Below are positions 1-13,824 of a stretch of DNA of 64,000 nucleotides, in pieces. The translations under genes and the position numbers were made by a program. The stretch's first letter is position 1. Each line of letters opens with the position of its first letter. The notes under the pieces are model-generated. The model ran no database searches. It was not told the origin of the DNA and saw nothing but the letters and a program-made list of their open reading frames with translations. Source of the DNA: Octopus sinensis (taxonomy: Eukaryota); the NCBI RefSeq assembly GCF_006345805.1, contig NC_043007.1, positions 77,438,974 through 77,502,973 on the forward strand, given 5' to 3'.

Positions 1-69
<69 letters not shown>

Positions 70-114
70 TTATCTATCTATCTATCACACTTTGTGTGTG
101 TATATATATATTAT

Positions 115-155
<41 letters not shown>

Positions 156-500
156 TTATATTTATATATTTTCTATATAGTAACATTCTATATATTCGTC
201 TACATGTATATATAAATATATGTGGTCTTCTATTCATATTTGTACTATCTCTGTATACATACATAATACATACATACATAATACATACATACATACATAC
301 ATACATACATACATACATGCATACATACGTACATACATATACATATATGCATACATACATATATACACATACATACATACACATACATACATTCATACAT
401 GCATACATACATACGTACATATATATATATACATACATACATACATACATACATACATACATACATACATACATACATACATACATACATACGTGTATAT
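1..500. repeat. (TCTA)n, (TA)n and (CATA)n microsatellite complex
   Basis: Directly visible. Confidence 0.95.
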
Positions 501-859
501 ATGTTCTTAAGTATTCGTTTAATTTGTTCTGTGTGATTGCTTCGTGAAAGGTCGTCTGCTCTTACACATTATCAAATGCCGCGTAAAGATACTAGCAGCT
601 TTGTTTGTCTCAGACAGTAGCAACATGGTCTGTTTGGCCTCAATGTCAATTCTATCGGCACGGCCAGTCTGTCCCCTCACTTATCTCATTCCCACCCAGA
701 TACGTGATTCGCACCTGACCTAGCACAGGTGTGCCAGGCCACGACTGACAAGGACAAAGATTGGACATTATTGCTTTCATTTTGTTTGGTTGGGTTTTTT
801 GATGCGTTTACATGTCTTTGTTGTTTGTTGGTTGTGTGTTGATGTTAAGGCTGCTACTT

Positions 860-1460
860 TTAAAAGTAGTGGTAGTAGTAGTAGTAAGTAGTAGTAGTAG
901 TAGTAGTAGTAGTAGCAGCAGCAGCAGCAGCAGTTTCAGTAGTGGAAATAGTAGTAGTAGTTATTATGTCGTAGACGTTCTAGAAGTGATAGTGGTGGTG
1001 GTGGTAGTTGTTGTAGTAGCAATAATAGTAGTGGTAATAGTATTAATAGTCTAGAAGTAGAAGTAGTTGTACTAATTGCCGTCGTAGTAGTAGTAGTTAT
1101 AGTACTAGCAGTAGTGGATGTAATATGAATAGTAGCAGCTTATCATTAGGAGCATTAGTATTGGTAGTATTTGTAGGAGTAGCAACTTCAGTAGCAGTAA
1201 TAACAGTGTTAGTAGTAGTAGTTGTAGTAGTAGTAGTAGTTTTTGCAGAGTAGTATTAGTGGTAGTAGTAGTAGTTGTAGCAGCAGCAGTAGCAACGGCA
1301 GCAGCAAGTGTGGTGGTGGTAGAAGTAGTAGTAGTAGTAGTTGTTGTAGTAGCAGCAGCAGTATTATTAATTATTATTATTATTATTATTATTATATTAT
1401 TATTATTATTATATTAGTAGTAGTAGTAGTAGTAGTAGTAGTAGCAGTAGTAGTAGGTCA
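860..1460. repeat. Degenerate (GTA)n/(GCA)n/(ATT)n simple-sequence field
   Basis: Directly visible. Confidence 0.9.
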
Positions 1461-1511
1461 AAGAGGCTTCATTCACCACCCTCCCGTTTTTTGTGTACTT
1501 TAGGGGAGGGG

Positions 1512-2040
1512 ACGAGTCGATTACACTCGATCACAGTATTTCACTGGTACTTAATTTATCGATCCCGAAAGGCAAAGTCGACCTCGGCTGAATTTGAACT
1601 CAGAACGTAACGACGGGCAAAATACCTACTTCTTTACTACCCACAAGGGGCTAAACACAGAGAGGACAAACAAGGACAGACAAACGGATTTAGTTAATTA
1701 TATCGACCCCAGTGCGTAACTGGTACTTATTTAATCGACCCCGAAAAGATGAAAGGCAAAGTCGACCTCGGCGGAATTTGAACTCAGACCGTAACGACGG
1801 GCGAAATACCTATTTCTTTACTACCCACAAGGGACTCAACATAGAGGGGACAAACAAGGACAGACAAACGGATTAAGTCGATTATATCGACCCAGTGCGT
1901 AACTGGTACTTATTTAATCGACCCCGAAAAGATGAAAGGCAAAGTTGACCTCGGCGGAATTTGAACTCAGAACGTAACGGCAGACGAAATACGGCTATGC
2001 ATTTCACCCGGCGTGCTAACGATTCTGCCAGCTCGTCGCC
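1512..2040 (-). mobile_element. tRNA-derived SINE family A with reiterated core+tail
   Basis: Head ggcggcgagctggcaga, B box gagttcaaattcc, core cgactttgcctttcatcctttcggggtcgat; 184-bp period. Confidence 0.88.
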
Positions 2041-2615
2041 ATCATTATCGTCGACACTACCCCTACAATTACTACCTTCTGTAATACCGCTAACAGCAAT
2101 ATTCGCAAGGAGTTTCTATGCAAAATCTCGACTTGCTACAATGGTCTTCTCTTGTCTAAGAAAGATAGTTCTGCAGTTTCTTGCTGAACAAGCCGCACAG
2201 ATTATTTATTTATAGTAATCAAATGTTTGTGCTGAACATCGAATCAACTTTGCCTGAACAGGTGTAGAGTGTGCCACGCATCAGGTGTCAAGGCTATCGG
2301 AGAGAAACGTGAGATGAAGTGTTTTGCTGAAGAGCACAGTATACCACCCAGAATTGAAACCACGATTACGGTATCGTGAGTGCAACACCCTAACCACTAG
2401 GTTATACGCCCTCACGACTTTCTTGAAGTTCTTGGTAAACATTGAAATTAAGAAGCAAAATGGGATCATCTAAGACGGAACATCTTTTACGTGATTGTTC
2501 AACTTACTCGAAATAGCAACCAAATTACCCTCAAACTTCTCTACCATCTCAGAGATGAGGAACACATTCTGCTCTAGGTTGTCAAAATAAAACTGGATGG
2601 CTCCGGATAGAACGT

Positions 2616-2773
2616 GGCTGTGTGGTAAGTAGCTTGCTTCCCAACCGCATGGTTCCGGGTTCAGTCCCACTGCGTGGCACCTTGGGCAAGTGTCTTCTAC
2701 TATAGCCTCGGGCTGACTAATACTTATGCGTGGATTTGGTAGACAGAAACTGAAAGATGCCTGTCGTATATAT

Positions 2774-2811
<38 letters not shown>

Positions 2812-2812
2812 T

Positions 2813-2871
<59 letters not shown>

Positions 2872-3078
2872 TGTGTGTATATGTTTGTGTGTCTGTGTTG
2901 TCCCTCCAACATCGCTTGACAACCAATGCTGGTGTTTTACGTCCCCGTAACGTAGCGGTTCGGCAAAAAAATAGAATAAGTACTAGGCTTACACTGCTTT
3001 TAGTCGATGCTCGACTAAAGGCGGTACTCCAGCATGGCTGCAGTCAAATGACTGAAACAAGTAAAAGAGTAAAGAGTA
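2616..3078 (+). mobile_element. tRNA-derived SINE family B (CORE-like centre, internal TA/TG microsatellite)
   Basis: Head ggctgtgtggtaag..gggttcagtccc, ccttgggcaagtg, tail gaaacaagtaaaagag. Confidence 0.88.
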
Positions 3079-3224
3079 TATGACTGCTATACTATTCCTA
3101 CAAAAAGAAAAACCGCCATTCCAATTCATCAACATTAACTGTACCAATGCTGGCTTCAAATTATCGCACAAGATCAGCATGTAAGGGGAAGAGAAATAAG
3201 ACGACTCCATTTCTTCATTCTTAC

Positions 3225-3600
3225 TTATTTTATCTACCCCCGAAAGGCAAGAATAAGCCTCGTTGGAATTTGAACTCGGAACGTAAAGACGGACGACATG
3301 CAACTAAGCATGACGCCCGGCGTACTAACGATCCTGCCAGCTCGCCACGCCAATTATCAATAGCAATATTAACAACAATATTACGGGTACGGGTGAAGGC
3401 AGTAAACAAGCAGAATCATTACCGTGCCAGAAAAAATGCTTAGCGGCATTTCTTACGACTTTACGAGTTCAAAAGCCACCGGGGTCGACTTTGCTTCACA
3501 TTCTTTCGGGGTCGATAAAATAAGTATCAGTTGAGAACTGGGGTTGATGTATTTGACTTGTTCCCTACCGCGAAGTTGCTGGCGTTGTGCCAAAATTTGA
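3225..3600. mobile_element. Two old, divergently oriented family A-related SINE remnants
   Basis: Decayed heads and cores at about 3225-3348 (-) and 3425-3600 (+); another lies at about 7420-7568 (-). Confidence 0.65.
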
Positions 3601-3628
3601 AACCAATATAATACGGGGAGGCGTACTG

Positions 3629-3868
3629 TGGTGGAGGCGCGTGGCTTAGTGGTTAGGGCGTCAGCATCATGATCGTATGATTATGGTTTCGATTCCTGGA
3701 CCGGGCGACGTGTTGTGTTCTTGAGCAAAACACTTCATTTCAGCTGGCAAAAATGAGTAACTCTGCGATGGACTGGCGTCCCGTCCAGCTGGGGAACACA
3801 TACGCCATAGAAACCGGGAAACCGGGCCCATGAGCCTGGCTAGGCTTTAAAAAGGGCGCATTTATTAT
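3629..3868 (+). mobile_element. SINE head H2 + V-domain-like tail T3
   Basis: ggaggcgcgtggcttagtggttaggg head, gcgatggactggcgtcccgtccag; a second copy lies at 36540-36790 (-). Confidence 0.85.
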
Positions 3869-4331
3869 TTTTCTTTAGGTGTACTGTGAGACAGTAAACT
3901 CTGCGACTTGTAATGTCTAATTCTAACTTGGGGTGCAAGAAACCATCGGTGATCTGGCCACGTGGTTTGGTTACATCGCAACATCGCATGATTAAGGACA
4001 GAAGGAGAAAGAGGGAAAAGAAAACAAAAAAGAAAGAAAGCAAGGAAGGAAGAGATAAAGAGAGAGAGAGAGAAGTTGAGAAAGAGAAGGCAAGTAAGAA
4101 AGAGAGTGAGAGTAGAATATATGTTAGGTCTCCGCGTGTACACACCCACTCACATACACACGTATTTACATAGATAAAATATACAAGTATCGTAAACAAG
4201 TGTTATATATATATCTGATTAAGGGGTGAGAATTAGGAATAAAGCGATAACAATATTCATTAGTGGTGTGTATGTATGCATGTATGTACACGTACACACA
4301 CATACACATATACACACAGACACACACACGC

Positions 4332-4366
<35 letters not shown>

Positions 4367-5147
4367 ATTACATGTATACATACACACATACTTATATGTA
4401 TATATATATATGTACACACATGTACACGCACACATATATATATATTCATGTATACATTCAAACACACTTATATGTATATATATATACACATGCACATTTA
4501 AATGAAAGACAGTGAGAGAGAGGGAGATCTATACATACGTATACACATATATATATATATGTGTGTGCGAATCTATCTATGTATTCATCTCTGTATCATA
4601 TATATGTGTGTGAGAGAAGGAGAGCTGTATACACACGCAAACAGACACATACCTAACCACCTAACTTCCTACCTACCTACATGCACACATATATACATAC
4701 ATACATACATACATACATACATACATACACACATACATAAAAGAAAACATACATATATACACACATACATGCAAGCAAACCTACATACGCAAACACTCAC
4801 ATACGCGTACGTATAACCGGTCGGTGATCGATCATGCAAACGGATTGTTATATCGTTTATTGTAATTCTAGTTACATATTTTCATTAAGCACGACCGTAT
4901 AGGTTTACAACCGCCTCATTATCTGCGCAAGGCAATAAACATTAGATCTAACATTTTACAAGTAAAACCTTTATCAATGTAATGAAGGGCTTGCGAGAGG
5001 AGAGTACACCTGCAGATTGAACAGCGACCTTATATCAAACCTGAAACAAGCACATCTGTATAGTGTTAGATTACGAAGTCTGTCAGAACGGGTCACCGAA
5101 TATAGCGCCCATTTTTATACTGCATGATAGATAACACGACAGTCACA

Positions 5148-5235
5148 CCATCGTACCATCATGCCACCGTACCAGCATACCAGCATACCAACATACCAGT
5201 ATACCAGTATACCAGTATTCCAGTATGCTAGCATG
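5148..5235. repeat. 8-bp minisatellite (ATACCAGY)n, about 10 degenerate units
   Basis: ataccagc/ataccagt repeats. Confidence 0.85.
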
Positions 5236-5293
5236 CCGCCCGCTTCCGCTGTAATAGTGGACGGTTAGTAATGGTTGTTTGTATGTGTATATG

Positions 5294-5327
<34 letters not shown>

Positions 5328-5534
5328 TGTATGTATGTATGTATGTATGTATGTATGTATGTATGTATGTGCATGTGTGTGCGTGCTTGCGAGTATGTGT
5401 GTGTGTGTGTGTGTGTTTATATGTACATATACATTTATACATATATCTATATATTTATATCTAGCTAGCTAGTTATCCATCCCTTTTCTCTCCTTCTTTA
5501 CATATATACACACACATGAAATTGTATGTGTGTG

Positions 5535-5567
<33 letters not shown>

Positions 5568-5921
5568 TGTGTGTGTGTGTGTCACAAGCAGAGACAGACA
5601 AACGTTTATGTCTGCTGAAGGTTCTGGCGACAGGCACTCCATGTCAGTTGGTATGATGATCGCTTTCCACAGTTGTTGGTAAACGATTGGAAGTAAAGCA
5701 TGGGCAACAAGGAAAATCCAGAGTTTTGACATTGCATGAATGAAGAATTGGACATCATGGTTTATGCGAAGTTTGATGGTGGTGGGGTAGCGTACTTAGT
5801 GTGTGTCGAGAGGAAGAAATATGAACAAGACGAATGGGATGAATTCGAAATGGTGGGAGATCAGCCAGCTTCATGAAACAGAAGCCCCTGATGGTACGAT
5901 AGAAAAAATATATAAAAACTG

Positions 5922-6232
5922 GCACTCCGTCGGTTACGACGATGATTTTTTCCAGTTGATTTGACCAACGGATCAGCCTACTCGTTAAATTAACTTGAAA
6001 GTAGCTGAGTACTCCACAGACACGCGTACCCTTCTCAGTGAGATTCAGCGTGACACAGTATGTGATAAAGCTGGCTTTTGGAATTAGAAGTACTACTCAG
6101 TTTTGCCAGCTGCGTGGATTGAAGGAACGTTAAATAAAGTGTGTTGCTCAATGACACAACGCACCGCCAGAAATCGAACTCAGAACCTTATGATCGTGAG
6201 CTGAATACCCTAACCACCCAGTCACGCACCTC
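5922..6232 (-). mobile_element. Old SINE: H2-like head + tail T1
   Basis: Tail cgtaaccgacggagtgc shared with family C; head like 3629. Confidence 0.75.
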
Positions 6233-6913
6233 CACTAGAACAATAGAACGGGAAGCGAAACGACAGCATATTTCCGGTCAGAAATTGGGACGTCCATGTG
6301 AGAGTGTACCGAAAGGCGTACACAATAAATTCTTTATCTTTTACAATTTCCTTCACAGAGAGAGAGAAATGAAACAAAACCTTAACCACGATTATCAGCA
6401 ATTCTGAATATAAGAGAGTACAAGTTTCATGAAAATATGAATAATTCCGATTTCTACTTCACCAGTTGGCATAAGTATTACGCTGCTCTTTTTGCCAACG
6501 TATAAAGCTGTAGGCTTTTAACATGTTGTATTGGTCGCATGGGCATATTAGAAGTAAAACTCTTATTTCAGATGAGCATATTCAGCAAAACGTTTTGAGC
6601 GTATTAAAGTTTACGGGAAGCCAGCTTCCTGTTTAGAAACCAGGGGATTTTTTTAGGACACACTGTTTGGAGAAAATCTGCGTCTAATAGATCACAAAAT
6701 ACGGCAGACAGGAAGCTATACAAAAACCTAGCGGTGGTTGATAGCGACTCAGCATAAGGAAGGGAGGCAATTTCCCCCAAAATTAAGAATAAATCTTAGT
6801 GAGTTAATATGCTTGGAAAACAAGACATTCTAATGTGTATGAATGTTTGTGAGTGTGTGTATAATATGTATACACGCAAATGCATAGTAGAGACAATGTG
6901 TATGTGTGTGTGA

Positions 6914-6967
<54 letters not shown>

Positions 6968-7029
6968 GGCAGGGAGGCAGAGAGAGAAAGGAATGCGCAG
7001 CTGAAATAACATGATGCTAAAGGAATTTA

Positions 7030-7203
7030 GTCCGTGACTCGTTGTTATTGCCGTTTTACTGTTGTTATTGTTGTTGTCTTTGTTGATTGTCATGTTGATG
7101 TTGTTGTTGTTGGTGGTGTTGTTCTCAATATTATTATTGTTGTTGTTGCAGGAACGGACCAGGCTTGGAAAATGAAATATGTTCTTCGCTTTACATACTG
7201 CTG

Positions 7204-7246
<43 letters not shown>

Positions 7247-7268
7247 GCTACTGCTGCTGCTGCTGCTA

Positions 7269-7340
<72 letters not shown>
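7030..7340. repeat. (GTT)n and (CTA)n/(CTG)n trinucleotide tracts
   Basis: Directly visible; these explain the poly-S/T/L ORFs. Confidence 0.92.
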
Positions 7341-7779
7341 ATCCTTTCTACTATAGGCACATGGTCTGACATTTTGGAGAATTTTATGGAAAAGAGGTTT
7401 GTCGATTATATTGAATCCACTGCTCAACTGGTACTTATTTTATCAACTCCGAAAGGATGAAAGGCAAAGTCGACCGCTAGAGAATTTGAACTGAAAGCGT
7501 AATGATGGACAATGAAATCCCGCTAAATATTTTGCCCATTCTGCTTACGATTCTTCCAGCTCGCCACCTTCACGTTAGAAACTTCATATCATTTGTACTC
7601 TTACAATCAAGTCCGTGGATAGTTATAATCGGTAGAGGGACTAACAAATACCTTGTGGTGTTTCCTTATATTTCTTTACGTCCCGAACTCACTTCACTTC
7701 AAGGTCAACGTGGCTTCTCAGTCTTTTCCAGGAGCCACTTGAATAGGTTATTTAATGGCGCTGACTTAATCAACTATGC

Positions 7780-8865
7780 TCCATATTGCCATATGCGCGA
7801 AACACAGAGATTTAGAACTTGCCAACTTTTTAAATGTTGTATTGGTCTTTTGCACACAAAGATCAGATGGAACTAGAAACCTCTTGTAATAAGGTTTCAT
7901 TTGTATTCGAGAGAAGAAAACAGTCTAAATGTTTAACCACTATAAGGACTCCACAATTCATCTCACGGGTGTAAAACATTATCAATGATGACATTAGAAA
8001 ACCAATGGGAGCCATTGCAAAGAACTTCACGGATAGGAGTGGACTATCTGAAATGTGGTGCACAGGGACCTTTCGTACGAGTTGTATGCACTGAGAAGAG
8101 ACCAACTCATGTCTGCAAAGACACACGAACACCGTTTGATCTGTGTCGAGCGATAAAGCCAGGTTAAAATCCATATCTAATATAGCATATTTTCGCTCTT
8201 CCCTAACTTCGATTAAGACCAAAAGTCTGACAGGATAAATGCCAAATGGTTATGTGCAGATCCTTCTGATGTCCTCCAAGTGATGCATACTAAGTGTGAT
8301 GGTCTTAGGGATGGTGAGTAACAAAGGTCATGTCATGCTGCTTTACATCTTTCCACAAGGTCTTAGAATTAATGCTAATACGTTGAGGTGCTAGAGAAAA
8401 TTGTTAAACCCTGGATGTAGGAAGCACGAAGTGGAAGGCTATACATTTTTAAACAAGACTCAACATCTTCTTACAAAGCCTTCACAACTTAATAATGGCC
8501 ATTACTTACATTTGACGGATATTTGTCCTCATCTCGTTTATTGTTAAGATGAGGACGAATATCCGTCAAATGTAAATAATGTAAATAATGTACATAATTC
8601 CTAATCTATGAAATATAGAACTGTATTAAAAATAGACGCCAAACAATCTTTACGATGATGTAACATATAACTTGCGTCCACCAAAATAATCAGATTTACA
8701 TCCCATGGACTTCTGCGTTTGGAGCGTTATCGAAAGGAAGACAAATCGACACCTTCAAAATTGTTTAAGTGATGTCCGAAATGGTGAAGGACTATTTAGT
8801 GCGGTCAGTCAACGATTCTGGACAAGCATTGAAACTGTCATGAAGATGAAGGCGGATTCATAGAA
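7780..8865 (+). mobile_element. maT (DD37D-like) transposase pseudogene
   Basis: KHRDLELANFLNV, WLCADPSDV..VMVLGMVSNKGHVM..FPQGLRIN..FKQDS, PP..DLHPMDFCVWS, EDEGGFIE*. Interrupted at about 8500-8630. Confidence 0.8.
8506..8575. repeat. 29-bp-arm fold-back (1 mismatch, 12-nt loop), pLTR-derived
   Basis: Arms 8506-8534 and 8547-8575; the sequence matches the 51408-51480 element. Confidence 0.88.
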
Positions 8866-8866
8866 T

Positions 8867-9250
8867 GGATGGAAGCACTCCGTCGGTTACGACGACGAGG
8901 GTTCCGGTTGATCCGATCAACGGAACAGCCTGCTCGTGAAATTAACGTGTAAGTGGCTGAGCACTCCACAGACACGTGTACCCTTAACGCAGTTCTCGGG
9001 GATATTCAGCGTGACACAGAGAGTGACAAGGCCGACCCTTTGAAATACAGGTACAACAGAAACAGGAAGTAAGAGTGAGAGAGAAAGTTGTGGTGAAAGA
9101 GTACAGCAGGAATCACCACCATCCCTGCCGGAGCCTCGTCGTAGGTGTTTTTGCTCAATAAACACTCACAACGCCCGGTCTGGGAATCGAAACCGCGATC
9201 CTACGACCGCGAGTCCGCTGCCCTAACCACTGGGCCATTGCGCCACTAGT
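8867..9250 (-). mobile_element. tRNA-derived SINE family C (head H1 + tail T1), 11-bp TSD
   Basis: TSD attcatagaat at 8856-8866 and 9251-9261. Confidence 0.92.
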
Positions 9251-9361
9251 ATTCATAGAATAATTTTATGAGAAAGCTTGCTTCAGCATGGCCACAGTCA
9301 AATGACTGAAAGAAGTAAAAGAATAAAAGAAAAATTATATCAAAATACATTTGGTGTTTGC

Positions 9362-9760
9362 TTTCTTTTACGTGTTTCAGTCATTTGACTATGGCCATGC
9401 TGGAGCACCTCCTTAAAAGGTCTTAGTCGAAGAAATCGATCCCAGTACTTATCCTAGCGGTCTCTTTTGCCGAACCGCTAGATAAACGAAGACAGGAACA
9501 CACGAGCACCGGTTGTCAAGCGATGGTGGGAGGGATACATAAATATATACATACACATAAATATATACACACACATAAATATATACATATATATACGACA
9601 GGCTTCTTTTAGTTTCCGTCTACCAAATCCACTCACAAGGCTTTGGTCGGCCCAAGGCTATAGTCGAAGACACTTGTCCCAAGTGCCACGCAATGGAACT
9701 GGGCCCGGAACCATGTGATTGGGAAGCAAGCTTCTTAACACATAGCCACGCCTGCGCCTT
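9362..9760 (-). mobile_element. SINE family B
   Basis: Full-length homology to 47893-48272. Confidence 0.85.
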
Positions 9761-10250
9761 GATTAGGGTCGTTTGATTAAATTACCAAATATGTCCTATA
9801 AGTTCTCAGATATCTCTTGCACCATGCATATATATATGTGTATGTGTGTGTGTGTGTGTGTGAGGAGAAGGGTATTTTGAGGCAAAGAAAGCGACCAGCT
9901 AATACATACTTAACAAATACAAGCTATGAACGAAACATAAAAAAAAAAAAAATGAAAATATCATAGAAAAATTCAGCTTGTGATATTTTATCATTATGTT
10001 TTTTTTATTCAGATTTCTTCGAGTGAACTTTGTGCTTTGATCTTTGTTAGAAACCTGGTCCTTCCTTATAGAAGGAATTCAAATAATTAAAGATGAAAAA
10101 TAGCTACATATTTGCTCACGCACGCGCACACACACATATACACATTCAAAGATACATGCAGAGATATATAGTTACTATAGGGTCTAGTGAGTACCACTAG
10201 TGAACTTTGTGCATATATATATATATATATTATATATATATATACATACA

Positions 10251-10343
<93 letters not shown>

Positions 10344-10387
10344 GTATATATATATATACATATATATATGTATATATATATATTGTG

Positions 10388-10965
10388 GAAGGCGGTGAGC
10401 AAGCAGAATCGTTAGCACGCCGGGCGAAATGCTTAGCAGTATTTCGTCTGCCGCTACGTTCTGAGTTCAAATTCCGCCGAGGTCGACTTTGCCTTTCATC
10501 CTTTCAGGGTCTATTAAATAAGTACCAGTTACGCACTGGGGTCGATATAATCGACTTAATCCGTTTGTCTGTCCTTGTTTGTCCTCTCTGTGTTTTGCCC
10601 CTTGTGGGTAGTAAAGAAATAGAAATAGGTATTTCGTTAGCCGCTACGTTCTGAGTTCAAATTTCGTCGAGGTAAACTTTGCTTTTATCCTTTCGGGGTC
10701 GATTCAATAAGTATCAGTTACGCACTGTGGTCGATATAATCGACTTAATCCGTTTGTCTGTCCTTGTTTGTCCCGTCTGTGTTTAGCCCCTTGTGGGTAG
10801 TAAAGAAATATGTATTTCATCTGCCGCTACGTTCTGAGTTCAAATTCCGCCGAGATCGACTTAGCCTTTCATCCTTTCTGGGTCGATTAAATAAGTACCA
10901 TTTACGCATTGAGGTCGATGTAATCGACTTAATCCGTTTGTCTGTCCTTGTTTGGTCCCTTCTAA
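10388..10965 (+). mobile_element. SINE family A, one head and about 3 core+tail units
   Basis: Unit periods of 190 and 183 bp. Confidence 0.88.
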
Positions 10966-11005
10966 GTTTGGCCACCTGAAGGCAATAAAGAAATATACAT
11001 ATATA

Positions 11006-11052
<47 letters not shown>

Positions 11053-11053
<1 letters not shown>

Positions 11054-11204
11054 TTATTGCCCACAAGGGGCTAAACATAGAGGAGACAAACAAGGACAGA
11101 CAAAGGGATTAGTCGATTACATCAACCCCAGTGCGAAACTGGTACTTTATTTATCGACCCCGAAAGGATGAAAGGTAAAGTCGACCTCGGCGGAATTTGA
11201 ACTC

Positions 11205-11207
<3 letters not shown>
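11053..11207 (-). mobile_element. SINE family A, partial, between TA tracts
   Basis: Core+tail only. Confidence 0.8.
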
Positions 11208-11240
<33 letters not shown>

Positions 11241-11473
11241 TGGCCTTTGGTTATAAAAATTTAAGTAGAACGTTGAGAAGTGTGGGTTCCCGGATAAAGA
11301 AGAGAATATTTAGTCTATATTTTGTAAGTTTAATGTAACAGTGTTATAGTAGAAATATGCGAGACATTTGTAGGGTTTAGTTTGTGAGGAGTCTAACACA
11401 GCTGTTGACTAAATTTCACTGACACAGCCAGACCTCAGAAACAAGATACGAATTAAAAAGAAATTAATCTGTA

Positions 11474-11522
<49 letters not shown>

Positions 11523-11904
11523 ATACACATCAAACGCGCACGTCCGCACATATCTCTCTCTCCTGTATGAGAGATGCACTCACTCACACACAGACAGGGA
11601 CGGACAGACACACGCATACACACATACACCGAACACACACATACACTTATCTTCTCATACGCAAAGATGCGCTCATTTACTCACACACATGAACACAAAC
11701 ACATGTTGGGTGCGTGTGTTTAAATATGTATGAATGTGTATTACACACATACATTCAACACACTCATACACATACACACACACGAACACACAGGCATATA
11801 CATATATACATATATACGTATGTTTATGTGTGTATTTGTGTGTGTGTGTGTGTGGTGTGTGTGTGTCTGTCTGTCTGTCTGTACATACCCACAGAATGTA
11901 TCTT

Positions 11905-12240
11905 TTATCTTTTACTCGTTTCAATCATTGGACTGCAGCTATACTGGGTCACTGTCTTGAAATCGATCCCACTACTTGTTTCATGGGTCACTTTTGCCGA
12001 ATCACTAAGTTACGGGGACGTAAACAAACCAACACTACTTGTCAAGGAGGGACTGATACAGACACACAAACTCTCACGCAAACACACAGACATGCGGTGG
12101 GCTTGCACACAGTTTCTGTCCACCAAATTCACTTACAAGGCATTATTTGGATCGGGGCTACTAGTATAAAACACTTGTGCAGGTGCTGCGTTGTGGGACA
12201 GAACCTGAAACTACACGGTTACATATCGAGTTTCTTAACT
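11905..12240 (-). mobile_element. SINE family B, diverged
   Basis: Tail and core homology. Confidence 0.75.
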
Positions 12241-12830
12241 TTACTACCCACAAGGGGCTAAACATAGAGGGGACAAACAAGGACATACAAAGGGATTAAG
12301 TCGATTACATCGACCCCAGTGCGAAACTGGTATTTTATTTATCGACCCCGAAAGGATGACAGGCAAAGTCGACCTCGGCGGAATTTGAACTCAGAACGTA
12401 ACGACAGACGCAATACCTATTTCTTTATTATCCACAAGGGGCTAAACATAGAAGGGACAAACAAGTACATACAAAGGGATTAAGTCGATTACATCGACCC
12501 CAGTGCGAAACTGGTACTTTATTTATCGACCCCGAAAGGATGAAAGGCAAAGTCGACCTCGGCGGAATTTGAACTCAGAACGTAACGACAGACGCAATAC
12601 CTATTTCTTTATTATCCACAAGGGGCTAAACATAGAGGGGACAAATAAGGACATACAAAGGGATTAAGTCGATTACATCGACCCCAGTGCGAAACTGGTA
12701 CTTTATTTATCGACCTCAAAAGGATGAAAGGCAAAGTCGACCTCGGCGGAATTTGAACTCAGAACGTAACGACAGATGAAATACCGCTAAGCATTTCGTC
12801 CGGCACGCTAATGTTTCTGCCAGCTCGCAG
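12241..12830 (-). mobile_element. SINE family A, one head and 3 units
   Basis: 184-bp period (12241, 12425, 12609). Confidence 0.88.
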
Positions 12831-13527
12831 CGTATATATATATGGACATGAGAAAAGACTGAAGTAAGAGAGAAATAGTTGGCAACTCAAACAATAATAG
12901 TCAGAACAGTAAAAGAAGTCTTATGTGATCAACATTTCTGGAGATTGTGATGAACCTTCAATGTACTCAGCCGACCTGAGAAGTAATAGCTACATTTTCT
13001 TCAAAGTGCATCTAACCATTTAAAAAAGACAATAAAATACAAAGTGACCTCAGAATGCCTGTGATCATAGGTCTTCTGGATCAGGATTTTCCTGGGGTTA
13101 AAGGATAACAACTAAGCAACAACTTCAAAGTTTCTATTCCAGGTGGGAGAGACAAATGCTACGAAAGGGTCCGTGATTTCCGTCAGTCAGACTCTAACAG
13201 GTATACGAATCTAGGACATTCTCGAGGTTCAGAGTTGGACATGGTTGTGTCCTTTTATGGAAGACCAGAAGTAGTCTGTGCAACAAGTCTTCGTTCTATA
13301 TGACATCAATATTGTTCAAAGGAAACCTCAACAACCAATACCGTTTGAGACTAGGTCTGTCTCTGACTGCTAGCCAGAGCGGGTTGGAAGGCGGGAAAGC
13401 ACATGCGGTCTGTGGTTGATATAACATCCAATAATGCTACTGATGGTTACTGACTCGATCCTGGGTTCTTGGGGGTTTCACGCAAAATAATAAACTGGTG
13501 ATTCGCAGAGCGTTTTAAGGGTTCGTG

Positions 13528-13627
13528 NNNNNNNNNNNNNNNNNNNNNNNNNNNNNNNNNNNNNNNNNNNNNNNNNNNNNNNNNNNNNNNNNNNNNNNNN
13601 NNNNNNNNNNNNNNNNNNNNNNNNNNN
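13528..13627. other. Assembly gap (100 N)
   Basis: Exactly 100 N, a typical placeholder; the flanks need not be contiguous. Confidence 0.98.
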
Positions 13628-13734
13628 CATACAATAACCATCAGAGCATCACAACAAATCACAGCACATACCCAAGGCACACAGAGCTGCGCTCGGTAGT
13701 GAAGTGAAAGCACACTATAAAAATAAAACTACTG
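13628..13734 (+). mobile_element. 3' end of an R4/Dong-like element (same family as 53834-55032)
   Basis: Near-identical to the reverse complement of 53834-53940; ends aaaactactg followed by (AAT)n. Confidence 0.85.
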
Positions 13735-13768
13735 AATAATGATAATAATAATAATAATAATAATAATA

Positions 13769-13810
<42 letters not shown>

Positions 13811-13824
13811 CAACAATAATAATA

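Noticed and set aside
85-547. Many ORFs rich in YI/YV/HT/poly-S/poly-I throughout the track
   Set aside because: They are translations of (TA)n, (CATA)n, (CA)n and trinucleotide microsatellites, not genes.
1512-2040. CRISPR-like periodic repeats
   Set aside because: Eukaryotic context; the whole 184-bp unit repeats with no unique spacers.
5469-5880. Short ORFs (MSKLWIFLVAH.. on -, MNEELDIMVYAK.. on +)
   Set aside because: No recognisable domain or splice support; the minus ORF runs into a microsatellite.
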